Of a stretch of 64,000 nucleotides of DNA, positions 37,358 through 46,894 are shown in pieces. This stretch comes from an uncultured Gammaproteobacteria bacterium (lineage in GTDB: Bacteria; Patescibacteriota; Patescibacteriia; CAYZDG01): the NCBI GenBank assembly GCA_964536515.1, contig CAZHXI010000002.1:60908-124907 (forward strand). The letters are read 5' to 3'. The notes beneath the pieces are model-generated. The model ran no database searches, was not told the origin of the DNA, and saw only the letters and a program-made list of their open reading frames with translations. Both the position numbers and the translations under genes were made by a program. Numbering within the stretch: position 1 is the stretch's first letter; every line of letters starts with the position of its first letter.

Positions 37358-38944
37358 CTAAATCAGGCTCCTCCCCGTCATTTCGTCCGGCTTGCGGAGC
37401 TGGAGGATCTTTAGGATGGTGGGGGCCACGTCGGCCAGCACGCCGGACGGGGGTATCTGGCTGAGGTCCTTGCCCACGATGCCGGGCGTGGCCAGCTTGC
37501 CCGCCCACTGCTTGCCGACGAGGACGCACGGCACGGGCACGCGGCTGTGCTCCTTGTCGATGTGCCCGGTGAAGGGGTCGAACAGCTGCTCGGCGTTGCC
37601 GTGGTCGGCGGTAATGACGCACACGCCGCCGTAGGCCAGGGCTGCCTCGGTAATCTGCCCCAGGCACTCATCTAGCACCTCCACCGCCTGGATGGACGCG
37701 GGCAGGTTGCCGGTGTGCGCCACCATGTCGGCGTTGGCGAAGTTTATGACGATGACGTCGAAGGCCTGGGCGCTCAGCTCTCGCAGCACGCGGTCGGCGA
37801 TCTCACGCGCGGCCATCTCGGGCTTGAGGTCGTAGGTTGCCACCTTGGGCGACGGAATGAGCACGTCCTGCTCTCCCGCCAGCGTGTCGCCCTGGCCGCC
37901 GTTGATGAAGTAGGTAACGTGGGCGTACTTCTCGGTCTCGGCGATGTGCAGCTGGGTGAGCCCGGCCTGCGACAGCACCGTTGCCATGGCGTTGGCCACG
38001 TGCTCGGGCGGGAAGGCGACGGCGACCGGCAGGTCGCGCACGTACTCGGCCATGGTTACGACGTTCAGGTTGTCTACGTGGCGGTGGGGCGAGAACTTGG
38101 CGAACCCGGGCAGCGCCAGGGCCGTTACGAGCTGCCGCATGCGGTCGGCGCGGAAGTTGAACATCACCACGCTGTCGCCGGGCTGCACCGTGGCCACGGG
38201 CTGGCCGCCTGCGGTAATGACGGTGGGCGGGAACTCCTCGTCGTTCACATCCTTGGCGTACGAGGCAGACAGCGCCGCCAGCGGATCTTCGGCCACGTTC
38301 TCGGACTGGCCGTCCACGATTGCCGCGTACGCTGCCTGGGTGCGCTCCCACCTGTTGTCGCGGTCCATGGCGTAGTAGCGTCCGCAGACGCTGGCGATGC
38401 GGCCGACGCCCAAGCTGGTGAGCTGGTCCTGCAGCTTGGCCACGAAGTCACGGCCGCTGCGGTACGGCGTGTCGCGCCCGTCTAGGATGACGTGGACGAA
38501 TACCTCGGCCACGCCCCGCTGCTTGGCCAGCTCCAGCACGGCCAGCCCGTGCTCGTGGAAGCTGTGCACGCCGCCGGACGAGAACATGCCGACCACGTGC
38601 AGCCGCTTGCCGCCCGCCTTAGCCGAGTCGCACGCCGCCACCAGCGTGGGGTTGCCGAAGAAGGTGCCGTCGGCAATGGCGCGGGAGATTCGCGGCAGGC
38701 TCTGGTATACGATGCGGCCGGTGCCAATGGCTAGGTGGCCAACTTCGGAGTTGCCCATCTCGCCCCAGGTTAGCCCCACGGCCTCGCCGGAAGCCTGCAG
38801 GCTCCACACCGGGTACGTGGTGGTGAGCTTGTCCCAGTTCGGGGTATTGGCCAGCGTGATCGCGTTCGCCCGGCTGGGCGGCGCAATGCCCCAGCCGTCG
38901 AGGACGATGAGGACGAGGGGCTTGGGGCGGACGGCGTCGGGCAT
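37358..38944 (-). CDS. gpmI: 2,3-BPG-independent phosphoglycerate mutase, downstream copy
   Basis: LDGWG, GNSEVGH, DGRDT, AETEKYAHVT, NADMVAHTG, TADHGN. Confidence 0.96.
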   Translation of the reverse strand: MPDAVRPKPLVLIVLDGWGIAPPSRANAITLANTPNWDKLTTTYPVWSLQASGEAVGLTWGEMGNSEVGHLAIGTGRIVYQSLPRISRAIADGTFFGNPTLVAACDSAKAGGKRLHVVGMFSSGGVHSFHEHGLAVLELAKQRGVAEVFVHVILDGRDTPYRSGRDFVAKLQDQLTSLGVGRIASVCGRYYAMDRDNRWERTQAAYAAIVDGQSENVAEDPLAALSASYAKDVNDEEFPPTVITAGGQPVATVQPGDSVVMFNFRADRMRQLVTALALPGFAKFSPHRHVDNLNVVTMAEYVRDLPVAVAFPPEHVANAMATVLSQAGLTQLHIAETEKYAHVTYFINGGQGDTLAGEQDVLIPSPKVATYDLKPEMAAREIADRVLRELSAQAFDVIVINFANADMVAHTGNLPASIQAVEVLDECLGQITEAALAYGGVCVITADHGNAEQLFDPFTGHIDKEHSRVPVPCVLVGKQWAGKLATPGIVGKDLSQIPPSGVLADVAPTILKILQLRKPDEMTGRSLI

Positions 38945-38945
38945 A

Positions 38946-40544
38946 TCAGCAAGCCTTCTTCAGCAGACGCTTGGTGAGCAGGCTCTCGCCCGTCATCTCT
39001 TCCGGCTGGGGCAGGCCCAGCAGGGCGAGAATGGTGGGGGCCACGTCGGCCAGAATGCCGCCGGTGCGCAGCTTGGCCCCGATGTTCGAGCACGTCTCGT
39101 CGTTGGCGCTGGCCAGGATGAACGGCACGGGGCTGGCCGTGTGCTCGGTGTACATCTCGCCCGTATCTAGGTTCACCTTGCGCTCGGCGTTGCCGTGGTC
39201 TGCGGTAATGATCAACGTGCCGTGCGCCCGCTGCACCGCCGCCCATATCTCGCCCAGGCAGCCGTCGGTAATGTGCACCGCCTTGATGGTCGCCAGCAGG
39301 TTGCCGGTGTGGCCCACCATGTCGGGGTTGCTGAAGTTGAGGCAGATGAAGTCGGCAGACTTAGAGTCCAGCGCCTGCACCACGGCCTTGGTGATGCCGG
39401 GCGCACCCATCTCGGGCGTCTGGTCGTAGCTGACCACGTCGGGCGACGGAATGAGCTGCCGCTTCTCCCCCGCCACGGGGTTGGCGTAGCCGCCGTTGAA
39501 GAAGTAGGTAACGTGCGCAAACTTCTCGGCCTCGGCTACGTAGAACTGGCGTACGCCCGGCCCCAGCACGAACGGCAGGGTCTGCGGCACGTCGCGGCTG
39601 GGGAAGGCCGTGAGCACCTGGCCCAGGTCGGGGCCGAAGTCGGTCATGGCCACGAACCGCAGGTGCTCGGGCTGCACCTTGCGCACGAACGAGCCGGGGT
39701 TGAGCTGGTTGAAGTCGGGCTGGATGAAAGCCTTGGTCAGCTGGCGGGCACGGTCGGACCGCAGGTTGAACAGGATAATAGCGTCGCCCGTGCCAATGGT
39801 TCCCACCGGCTTGCCATCCTTGCCCACGACCACGGAAGGCTGCACGTACTCGTCGCTCTCGCCGCGGTTGTAGGCCTGGAGTATAGCCTCATCCGCGCTG
39901 TGGACGTGCCTGCCCTTGCCCTCGGTCATAGCCTCGTACGCAGCCTGGGTGCGGTCCCACTTCTTCTTCCGGTCCATGCCGTAGAAGCGGCCCATGACCG
40001 TGGCGATCTGCTCGCCGTTCTTGAAGCCGTCGCGCAGCATCTTGAGCAGCCCAATGGCGGCGAAGCGGGGCGTGTCGCGGCCGTCGGTGAACAGGTGGAG
40101 GTAGGTTCGCTTGAACCGATGCTTAGCCAGCATGTCGCACAGCGCCGCCAGGTGCTCGGGGTCGGCGTGGGGGCTCTGCAGGCCGGTGAGCATGCCCACC
40201 AGGTGTACCTTCCCCTTCTGGCGCTCGGCGTGGTGGATCGCCTCTAGGAACGCCGGGTTCTTGAAGAACTGGCCGTCGGCAATGGCCTCGGTGATGTAGA
40301 GCGAATCCTGCGCCACCACGCGGCCGGCGCCCAGGTTCATGTGGCCTGCCTCCGAGTTGCCGCGCTGGTCGTGCGGCAGGCCCACCGCCTTGCCCGAGGC
40401 ATCCAGCGTGGTGTTGGGGAACTTGGCCAGCAGCTGGTCCAGCGTGGGCGTCTCGGCTTGCTCCACGGCGTTGCCCGGGCTATCGGCTGCCACGCCGAAG
40501 CCGTCGAGTATGGCCAGCACCAGGGGGCTGCTCGGCAGCGCCAT
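38946..40544 (-). CDS. gpmI: 2,3-BPG-independent phosphoglycerate mutase, upstream copy
   Basis: LDGFG, GNSEAGH, DGRDT, AEAEKFAHVT, NPDMVGHTG, TADHGN. Confidence 0.96.
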   Translation of the reverse strand: MALPSSPLVLAILDGFGVAADSPGNAVEQAETPTLDQLLAKFPNTTLDASGKAVGLPHDQRGNSEAGHMNLGAGRVVAQDSLYITEAIADGQFFKNPAFLEAIHHAERQKGKVHLVGMLTGLQSPHADPEHLAALCDMLAKHRFKRTYLHLFTDGRDTPRFAAIGLLKMLRDGFKNGEQIATVMGRFYGMDRKKKWDRTQAAYEAMTEGKGRHVHSADEAILQAYNRGESDEYVQPSVVVGKDGKPVGTIGTGDAIILFNLRSDRARQLTKAFIQPDFNQLNPGSFVRKVQPEHLRFVAMTDFGPDLGQVLTAFPSRDVPQTLPFVLGPGVRQFYVAEAEKFAHVTYFFNGGYANPVAGEKRQLIPSPDVVSYDQTPEMGAPGITKAVVQALDSKSADFICLNFSNPDMVGHTGNLLATIKAVHITDGCLGEIWAAVQRAHGTLIITADHGNAERKVNLDTGEMYTEHTASPVPFILASANDETCSNIGAKLRTGGILADVAPTILALLGLPQPEEMTGESLLTKRLLKKAC

Positions 40545-40552
40545 GGCCGTGG

Positions 40553-41812
40553 CTACGCTTCCCGCTCTGCCTGGCTAATCTGCAGCAGGCGGTTGTACTT
40601 AGCCACACGCTCGCCGCGCACAGGAGCGCCAATCTTGACGTAGGCTGCGCCGATCGCCACCGCCAGGTCCACGATCCAGTGGTCGTTGGTCTCGCCGCTG
40701 CGGTGCGACGCCACCACGGTGTAGTTGCTCTCCTTGGCCAGCCGCGCCGTCTCAATGGCCTCGGTAACGCTGCCCACCTGGTTGGGCTTGATGATGATGC
40801 CGTTGGCTGCCTGCCGGCTGATGCCCTCGCGCAGGCGCAGCAGGTTGGTGGTGAACAGGTCGTCGCCGATTACCGTTACGCCCATCAGCCCGGCGTGGGC
40901 TCGCAGCGCCTGCCAGCCGTCCCAGTCGTCCTCCTCCAGCGGATCTTCCAGCAGACGAATGGCGTAGCGCTGCACCAGGTTGGCGTAGAAGTCGCTCATC
41001 TCCTCGCGGGTCAGCGAGCGGTCCTCCACCGTCAGGTGGTAGCGGCTGCCGTCGTAGAAGGCGGAGGCGGCGGCGTCCACGCCCAGGACCACCTCCTCGC
41101 CGAGCGAGTATCCCGCCTCATCCACGGCCTCGGAAACCAGCTCGAAGGCCTGGTGCGTGGTCTGCACCCGTGGCGAGAAGCCACCCTCGTCGCCCACGTC
41201 GGTATCCAGCCCGCGGCGGGTAAGGATGCCCTTGAGCTTGGCGTTGACCTCGGCCGCCGCGCGCACCTGGTCAGCCGTGCCGTTTATGCCCCGCGGCACC
41301 ACCCAAATCTCCTGCAGGTCTAGGTTGGTGCTGGCGTGCTTGCCGCCGTTGAACAGGTTTGCCAGCGGCACGGGCAGGATGGGGCTGGCCGGCAGGTCGA
41401 AGGCGTGCTGCAGGTGGCGGTACAGCGGCTCGCCAGCGCTCGCCGCCGCCGCCCGCGCCACCGCAATGCTGACGCCCACAATGGCGTTCGCGCCCATCTT
41501 GGACTTGTTGTCGGTTCCGTCTGCGTCCAGCATGGCCTGGTCCACCGCGCGCTGGTTGGCGGCCTCCATGCCGCGCACCACGTCAGCCAGCCGGCCGGTG
41601 ACGTTCGCCACGGCGTTCAGCACGCCCTGGCCGTTGTACCGGTGCTGGTCGCCGTCCCGTAATTCCAGAGCCTCGTGCTTTCCCGTTGATGCGCCGGATG
41701 GTACCCCGGCGCTGGCCACCGTGCCGTCGTCCAGAACTGCCGTTACCTCCACCGTGGGGGTGCCACGTGAATCTAGAATCTCACGGGCGGTAATGGCTTT
41801 GATGGAGGACAT
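40553..41812 (-). CDS. eno: Enolase
   Basis: REILDSRGTPTVE, PSGASTG, GDEGGF, IKPNQVG, SHRSGET. Confidence 0.98.
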   Translation of the reverse strand: MSSIKAITAREILDSRGTPTVEVTAVLDDGTVASAGVPSGASTGKHEALELRDGDQHRYNGQGVLNAVANVTGRLADVVRGMEAANQRAVDQAMLDADGTDNKSKMGANAIVGVSIAVARAAAASAGEPLYRHLQHAFDLPASPILPVPLANLFNGGKHASTNLDLQEIWVVPRGINGTADQVRAAAEVNAKLKGILTRRGLDTDVGDEGGFSPRVQTTHQAFELVSEAVDEAGYSLGEEVVLGVDAAASAFYDGSRYHLTVEDRSLTREEMSDFYANLVQRYAIRLLEDPLEEDDWDGWQALRAHAGLMGVTVIGDDLFTTNLLRLREGISRQAANGIIIKPNQVGSVTEAIETARLAKESNYTVVASHRSGETNDHWIVDLAVAIGAAYVKIGAPVRGERVAKYNRLLQISQAEREA

Positions 41813-41820
41813 AGGTTGGG

Positions 41821-41890
41821 TAGGACTGAGGACGGAGGACTTAGAAAATGGAACGCAGGAGCTGGAAAGCAGAAGTCATGATACACGAAA
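41821..41890. repeat. Degenerate heptamer tandem repeat
   Basis: TAGGACT GAGGACG GAGGACT TAGAAAA TGGAACG CAGGAGC TGGAAAG CAGAAGT; same unit as at 19513. Confidence 0.6.
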
Positions 41891-41906
41891 AAGGCACCGT
41901 AAACCA

Positions 41907-42042
41907 CGTCATCCTGAGCGGAGGCCCGTAGCAACGGGACGAAGCCGAAGGATCTGGCAGGCCCATGCTTTGGCAACCCAGATCCCTCGACTCCCCCTCA
42001 ATTCGTCGCTCCGCTCCTCGCTCGGGTTCGCTCGGGATGACG
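41907..42042. repeat. CGTC-type REP-like inverted repeat pair
   Basis: CGTCATCCTGAGCG...GAAGGATCTGG and CCAGATCCCTCG...CGCTCGGGATGACG form a head-to-head dimer. Confidence 0.75.
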
Positions 42043-42210
42043 TTCCTCTTACTTTCTTACTTCTCGTAATATCCGAGCGCCGCCAGGCAGAGAAGATAGA
42101 CCACCCTAGACAATGCTTGACTTATTCACAAAAATATGATATTAAATCATGATCATCTTTGAAAACTCAAAAGTCCTAAACAATCCAGCAATTCGCTGGG
42201 AAAGGAAGAC

Positions 42211-44085
42211 ATGGAAATTATCTACGCTGCAATCGTTGCCCTGCTGGGCAGCGCGCCGTTTCTGCTGACGAAACGTATCATCGGATTCTTCGTTACCTTT
42301 GCTGTATCCGGAATTCTTTCGGCAGCCCTGTTCTACGGCATACTGCCGTCAACCGTCTGGCCGCTGTGGGGACTGATCGGAGCGTTCACGGCAGTCCTAT
42401 GGATCATCGTCGCCCTCGTTGATCTTACCCTAAAGAATGAGAATTCATACGGCGAAATCCAGCTCTCGATCTCCATCGCGCCCGCTATCGTCGGCGTTCT
42501 GCTGCTGGTAATCAGCGGCTGCAACGGCTGCGCCTATTTCCGCGACAGCGAATACGCCGGAATGATAGGCGAAGTCGAGCAGCGCGAGTGGACGCAGGAT
42601 GTTCAGCCGAAGGATCCTGGCAACGTTCGCCTGGTACCGGTCGAGCTGGCCTCGTACCTCGCGAACAAGCAGCTGGGAGAAGCTGGCGCCAACCTCGGCT
42701 CACAGTTCCACGTGGCCCTGGAGTACATGACGCTGCAGAGCCTGAACGGAGAGCTGTGGTACGTCGCGCCGCTGGACTACAACGGCTTCTGGGTTTGGCA
42801 ATCTGCTGAATACGCACCGGGCTACGTAAAGATTTCGGCCACAGACCCGTACCGCCAGCCGATCGTGGTGGCAGACCAGAAGTTCAAGTACACCCCGTAC
42901 GCCTTCATGGGCGATGACCTGGAACGGCTACTGTGGAACAACGGCTACTCCGATATCGGCCTTACGGACTACTCGCTGGAGCTGGATGATTCGGGCAAGC
43001 CCTGGTGGGTGGTGACCACGTTCGAGCCAACCATTAGCTGGTGGGGTGAGCGGGCCACCGGTGTGGCGATCGTTGACCCTACCGATGGTAGAATTACCTA
43101 CCACGCAGTCGGCGCTGTGCCGAACTGGGTAGACCGGGTCGTGCCGGGCAAATTCGTCGCAACTTACGTCAGTGACAATGGCCAGCTCCACCTCGGCTAC
43201 TGGAATACGTGGTTCGGCAAGCGCGACATGACGCAGCCGGACCGTTCCCCCACCATTAACTACGGATCGGACGGAGAGCCGTACTGGGTAACCACGGTGG
43301 TTAGCGCCAACCCCAACGGCGGCGGCACCGAAGGCGACGGGAACCAGAAGCATAACCAGAGCATGGTCGGGCTATTCTACACGAATACCCGTCCCGGGAA
43401 GAGCATCTACTACCACGCGGTCGGCGGAACCGAGACTGCTATCCTAACAGCCGTCAACAACAAGGTTTCGTACAAGAACTGGCGCGGCGCAGAGCCGGTG
43501 CTGTACAACGTCCACGGCTATATGGCCAGCTTCGTACCGCTGCTCGGCCAGCACGGCACCTACCAAGGCGTAGCGATCGTGCGGGTGGACAACCTAACGG
43601 TTGCTGAAGGAAGGGATGAGCTCTCGGCGCTCCGTGAATTCCAGCAGCTCATCGCCTCCACGGGGCACCAGGTGTCACCGGATAAGCTGTTCGACCTCGA
43701 GCGAATACTCGGACGTGTAGAGCGATTCGCCCACGAGGTAACCGACGGTTACACGGTCTACTACATCAAGCTGCAGAGCCATCCCGTGATCTACACCGGC
43801 GGCAGCGACCTCTCGCCCGAGCTACCCCTGGTAGCCGCTGGCGACAGCGTCTCGGTCTCGTTCGTCAACGGCGAGCAGGACGTGGTACCGATGATGGGCT
43901 TCGACGATCTTAACATCTTCCTGCAACGGAGCGCCGAGCAGGAGGACCTCTCCGCTGAGACGCAGGCGGGTCTGAACGAGGAGCGCCTCGGCCGAGAAAC
44001 GAAGACGGCGACAGAGACGCTGAAGAACCTCAGCCCCGAAGAGATGAGAAAGCTCGCGAAAGAGGCGCGAACGAAACGCAACTAA
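42211..44085 (+). CDS. Hypothetical membrane-anchored protein (624 aa)
   Basis: 4 N-terminal TM segments, large soluble domain; own promoter (TTGACT at 42117), SD and terminator (~44091-44120). Confidence 0.8.
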   Translation: MEIIYAAIVALLGSAPFLLTKRIIGFFVTFAVSGILSAALFYGILPSTVWPLWGLIGAFTAVLWIIVALVDLTLKNENSYGEIQLSISIAPAIVGVLLLVISGCNGCAYFRDSEYAGMIGEVEQREWTQDVQPKDPGNVRLVPVELASYLANKQLGEAGANLGSQFHVALEYMTLQSLNGELWYVAPLDYNGFWVWQSAEYAPGYVKISATDPYRQPIVVADQKFKYTPYAFMGDDLERLLWNNGYSDIGLTDYSLELDDSGKPWWVVTTFEPTISWWGERATGVAIVDPTDGRITYHAVGAVPNWVDRVVPGKFVATYVSDNGQLHLGYWNTWFGKRDMTQPDRSPTINYGSDGEPYWVTTVVSANPNGGGTEGDGNQKHNQSMVGLFYTNTRPGKSIYYHAVGGTETAILTAVNNKVSYKNWRGAEPVLYNVHGYMASFVPLLGQHGTYQGVAIVRVDNLTVAEGRDELSALREFQQLIASTGHQVSPDKLFDLERILGRVERFAHEVTDGYTVYYIKLQSHPVIYTGGSDLSPELPLVAAGDSVSVSFVNGEQDVVPMMGFDDLNIFLQRSAEQEDLSAETQAGLNEERLGRETKTATETLKNLSPEEMRKLAKEARTKRN

Positions 44086-44120
44086 CAATCGAGCGGCAGG
44101 CACACAGCCTGCCGCTCTTT

Positions 44121-45314
44121 CTATTTTCCATAGTACCCCAGTGCCGCCAGACCGGGTAGGCGCTCGCCAGCCAAAAAGGCCAGCATGGCTCCCCCGCCGG
44201 TGGAAACGAACGACAGGTGCCCGGTCAGCCCCAGCTGCTCCAGCGCCTGGACCGTCTCGCCGCCGCCGGCCACGGTGAAGGCCTTAGCCTTGGCAACGGC
44301 CGCCGCTACTGCTGACGTGCCGTGGCTGAACTCCTTCTGCTCGAACAGGCCCAGCGGCCCGTTCCACGCCACCGTCTTAGCCCAGGCAATACGCTCGGCG
44401 AACAGCTGCCGGGTGAGCGGACCAATGTCGTGGTTCAGGTCGCGGCGGCCGGTGCGCCCCACCTGAGCCACCTTGCACGCCTTTCCAGAGCAACTAGATA
44501 CAACGTCTATGGGAAGTATCAGCTTGTGGCGGTGGCCGTGCTGCTTAACCAAACGGCGCAAGCCGGGCAGCAGCTTCTTTTCTACCGGGGAGGCGCCCAC
44601 GGCGTGGCCCACCGCAGCCAGCAAGGTATTAGCCATTGCCCCGCCCACGAGCACGCGGTCGCAGTGCTCCAGCAGCTGGCGCAGCAGCGGCAGCTTGGTA
44701 CCCAGCTTTGCCCCGCCCACGACGGCGACCAGCGGGCGCTGGGGGTGGCGCGTTACCTTCTCCAGAGCGGCGACCTCTGCCTGCAGCAGCGGCCCAGCGG
44801 CAGACGGCAGCAGCTTAGCCAAGCGGACAACGGATGCGCCGCTGCGGTGGCACACCCCGAACGCATCGTTGACGTACGCATCTGCCAGGCAGGCCAGAGC
44901 CGACGCAAAGTTTACGTCGTTCGCTGCTTCACCGGAGTAGAACCGCAAATTCTCCAGGCAGCAGACATGGCCGCGGCCCAAGGCCTGGATGCGGTCGAAG
45001 TCCTTGGGCGTACGGAACGGGTCGAACAGCGGCACCGTCTTACCCAAGCGGCGACTGAACCACGCGGCGATTGGCTTTAGGCTCTCTGCCGATACACGCT
45101 TGCCATCCGGACGACCCAGGTGGCCGATGATGATGACGCAAACCTTCTTAGCCAGCAGCTGCTTTATAGCCGGCAGGCTACGCTTGAGACGGTAGTCATC
45201 TTGGATCTTGCCTCGGGCCACGGGAACGTTCACATCCAGGCGCAGCAGCACCCGCTGGCCTGGCTGCAGCTTTAGGCTGGATATTGTGGGTAACTTATCT
45301 TCTACCTTAAACAT
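44121..45314 (-). CDS. pgk: Phosphoglycerate kinase
   Basis: RLDVNVP, HLGRP, LENLRF, NDAFGVCHR, GGAK, WNGPLG, STGGGA. Confidence 0.97.
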   Translation of the reverse strand: MFKVEDKLPTISSLKLQPGQRVLLRLDVNVPVARGKIQDDYRLKRSLPAIKQLLAKKVCVIIIGHLGRPDGKRVSAESLKPIAAWFSRRLGKTVPLFDPFRTPKDFDRIQALGRGHVCCLENLRFYSGEAANDVNFASALACLADAYVNDAFGVCHRSGASVVRLAKLLPSAAGPLLQAEVAALEKVTRHPQRPLVAVVGGAKLGTKLPLLRQLLEHCDRVLVGGAMANTLLAAVGHAVGASPVEKKLLPGLRRLVKQHGHRHKLILPIDVVSSCSGKACKVAQVGRTGRRDLNHDIGPLTRQLFAERIAWAKTVAWNGPLGLFEQKEFSHGTSAVAAAVAKAKAFTVAGGGETVQALEQLGLTGHLSFVSTGGGAMLAFLAGERLPGLAALGYYGK

Positions 45315-45460
45315 GTCTGTTTGATTTTTGTTTAGACGCAATATACTGCGTCTTTACGGATGTCATCCCATGCGACTCCTGCCCTCACTGCCCCTATTCT
45401 AGCACCTCCCGCCTTCGCCCAAGCTTCGGCGAGGCAAGCCGGGGGTGTGGATGGCCGCCC

Positions 45461-45489
45461 TTGCCCGCCCCGGGGCTGCCGGATACAAT
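45461..45489 (+). promoter_or_regulatory. Sigma70 promoter TTGCCC-N17-TACAAT
   Basis: Hexamers with 17-nt spacing. Confidence 0.55.
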
Positions 45490-45494
45490 GGAGT

Positions 45495-45647
45495 CTCCAC
45501 TGAACTTTACGCCATCTGCCCATCTGGGCGATAAACGACGAGAGGAGGTGATCAATATCTGCCGAGTCAATTCGGCGCTCCGCTCAACGTTCAGACAGCG
45601 AAGACGAACCCCAACCCCCATCCGCACCACGCGGATGGTTCTTTTTG
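45495..45647 (+). ncRNA. Candidate structured small RNA containing AGGAGGTGATC
   Basis: Promoter upstream; CTGAAC/GTTCAG closing stem; internal hairpins; terminator CCATCCGC/GCGGATGG plus T run. Confidence 0.4.
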
Positions 45648-45666
45648 GCTGCTATAATTTACCCAG

Positions 45667-46257
45667 ATGCGATTCCTCATTGTAGCCGCTGCCCTAGCCC
45701 TGGCGATAGCGCCAGTCTCCGTTCGCGCCGCTGAGGCGGACTCGGATGCGGATGGGCTCAACGATACGCTCGAGCAATCGTTCGCCAGCGACCCCACAAT
45801 TCCAGATACAGACGGCGACGGATTCAACGATGGGCTAGAGGTAACGTCGGGATACAGCCCGACGTCTGCCGAGCCGACCAAGCTAGCCAAGCGCATAGAA
45901 ATTTCGCTAGCCGAGCAGGAGCTAGCCTACTACCTGGGCGACGTGGAGCTCGGCCGCTTCCCGGTATCCACGGGCAAGAAGGGCTCTCCCACGCCCACCG
46001 GCGAGTTCAAGGTGTACAGCAAGCACCCCCGGGCGTGGTCCAACCGCGCCAAGCTGTGGATGCCCAACTGGATGGCCTTCTACCCCACGGGTCTGTACGG
46101 CATCCACGAGCTGCCCGAGTGGCCGGGCGGCAAGAAGGAGGGCGAGGATCACCTGGGTACCCCGGCATCCGGCGGCTGCGTACGGCTGGGCGTGGGCGCC
46201 GCCAAGACGCTGTACGACTGGGCTCCGGTGGGAACGAAGGTGGTGATTGAGAAGTAG
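45667..46257 (+). CDS. L,D-transpeptidase (YkuD) with signal peptide and Ca-binding DxDxDG repeats
   Basis: DSDADGL, DTDGDGF, VSTGK..PTPTG, YGIHE...SGGCVRL. Confidence 0.93.
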   Translation: MRFLIVAAALALAIAPVSVRAAEADSDADGLNDTLEQSFASDPTIPDTDGDGFNDGLEVTSGYSPTSAEPTKLAKRIEISLAEQELAYYLGDVELGRFPVSTGKKGSPTPTGEFKVYSKHPRAWSNRAKLWMPNWMAFYPTGLYGIHELPEWPGGKKEGEDHLGTPASGGCVRLGVGAAKTLYDWAPVGTKVVIEK

Positions 46258-46258
46258 G

Positions 46259-46819
46259 CTACTTCCCTCGGCGCTTCACCTGCGCCCGCCTCACCAGCTT
46301 AACGGCTAGCTTGGCCGCCATCTGCGGAGTTTCAGCTCTTGCAATGCGAACCCTACGACGCGAATCTAGATACTGCCCGGCCAGTTTATCTGCCCACCCC
46401 CCAAACCCAGCGAGGGCGATCATAGGTATACCAGACTGGTAGGCAATCGTTGCCTCACACAGGGTTCCTGACCCGCCTGACACCAGAATGACGACGTCGC
46501 ATGAGTTTACCAAGACGAACTCGCGTCCCCCGCCACGCTCTAGCCCCGTAGCGATAACCACCCCGGGTGCTTCGCTGCCAATACCGACATTCCTACCCTT
46601 CCCATACGTTACGCCAACGGTAAGCCCGCCGGCCGCCCTAGCGGCCATTGCTGCCTCGGTTGGCAGAGAGCTGTAATCTCGCTCAGCACCGTAGACGAGC
46701 GTACAGCCGTTGGCCGCGAGCTGGCGTCCGAGCTCCCGCGCTGCAGCCTTCGCCCGCCGTCCATACTTTAGGTCGGCAGCGGAACCCATAACGCCTACCT
46801 GTATAGTTCGATTGATCAT
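46259..46819 (-). CDS. SLOG/LOG family protein (TIGR00725-like)
   Basis: VGVMGSA, ARELGRQLA, GGLTVG, SGGSGTLCE. Confidence 0.85.
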   Translation of the reverse strand: MINRTIQVGVMGSAADLKYGRRAKAAARELGRQLAANGCTLVYGAERDYSSLPTEAAMAARAAGGLTVGVTYGKGRNVGIGSEAPGVVIATGLERGGGREFVLVNSCDVVILVSGGSGTLCEATIAYQSGIPMIALAGFGGWADKLAGQYLDSRRRVRIARAETPQMAAKLAVKLVRRAQVKRRGK

Positions 46820-46894
46820 AGTTACTGTATATTAGCCTGCAATTAAATGTTCGGTAGCGGAGGCTGGCGATTTGCCAGCCTCCGCTCTCCGTTC

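Noticed and set aside
36489-37667. N-terminally extended MutM (392 aa)
   Set aside because: Fpg requires the N-terminal Pro of MPELPEV; the extension overlaps gpmI
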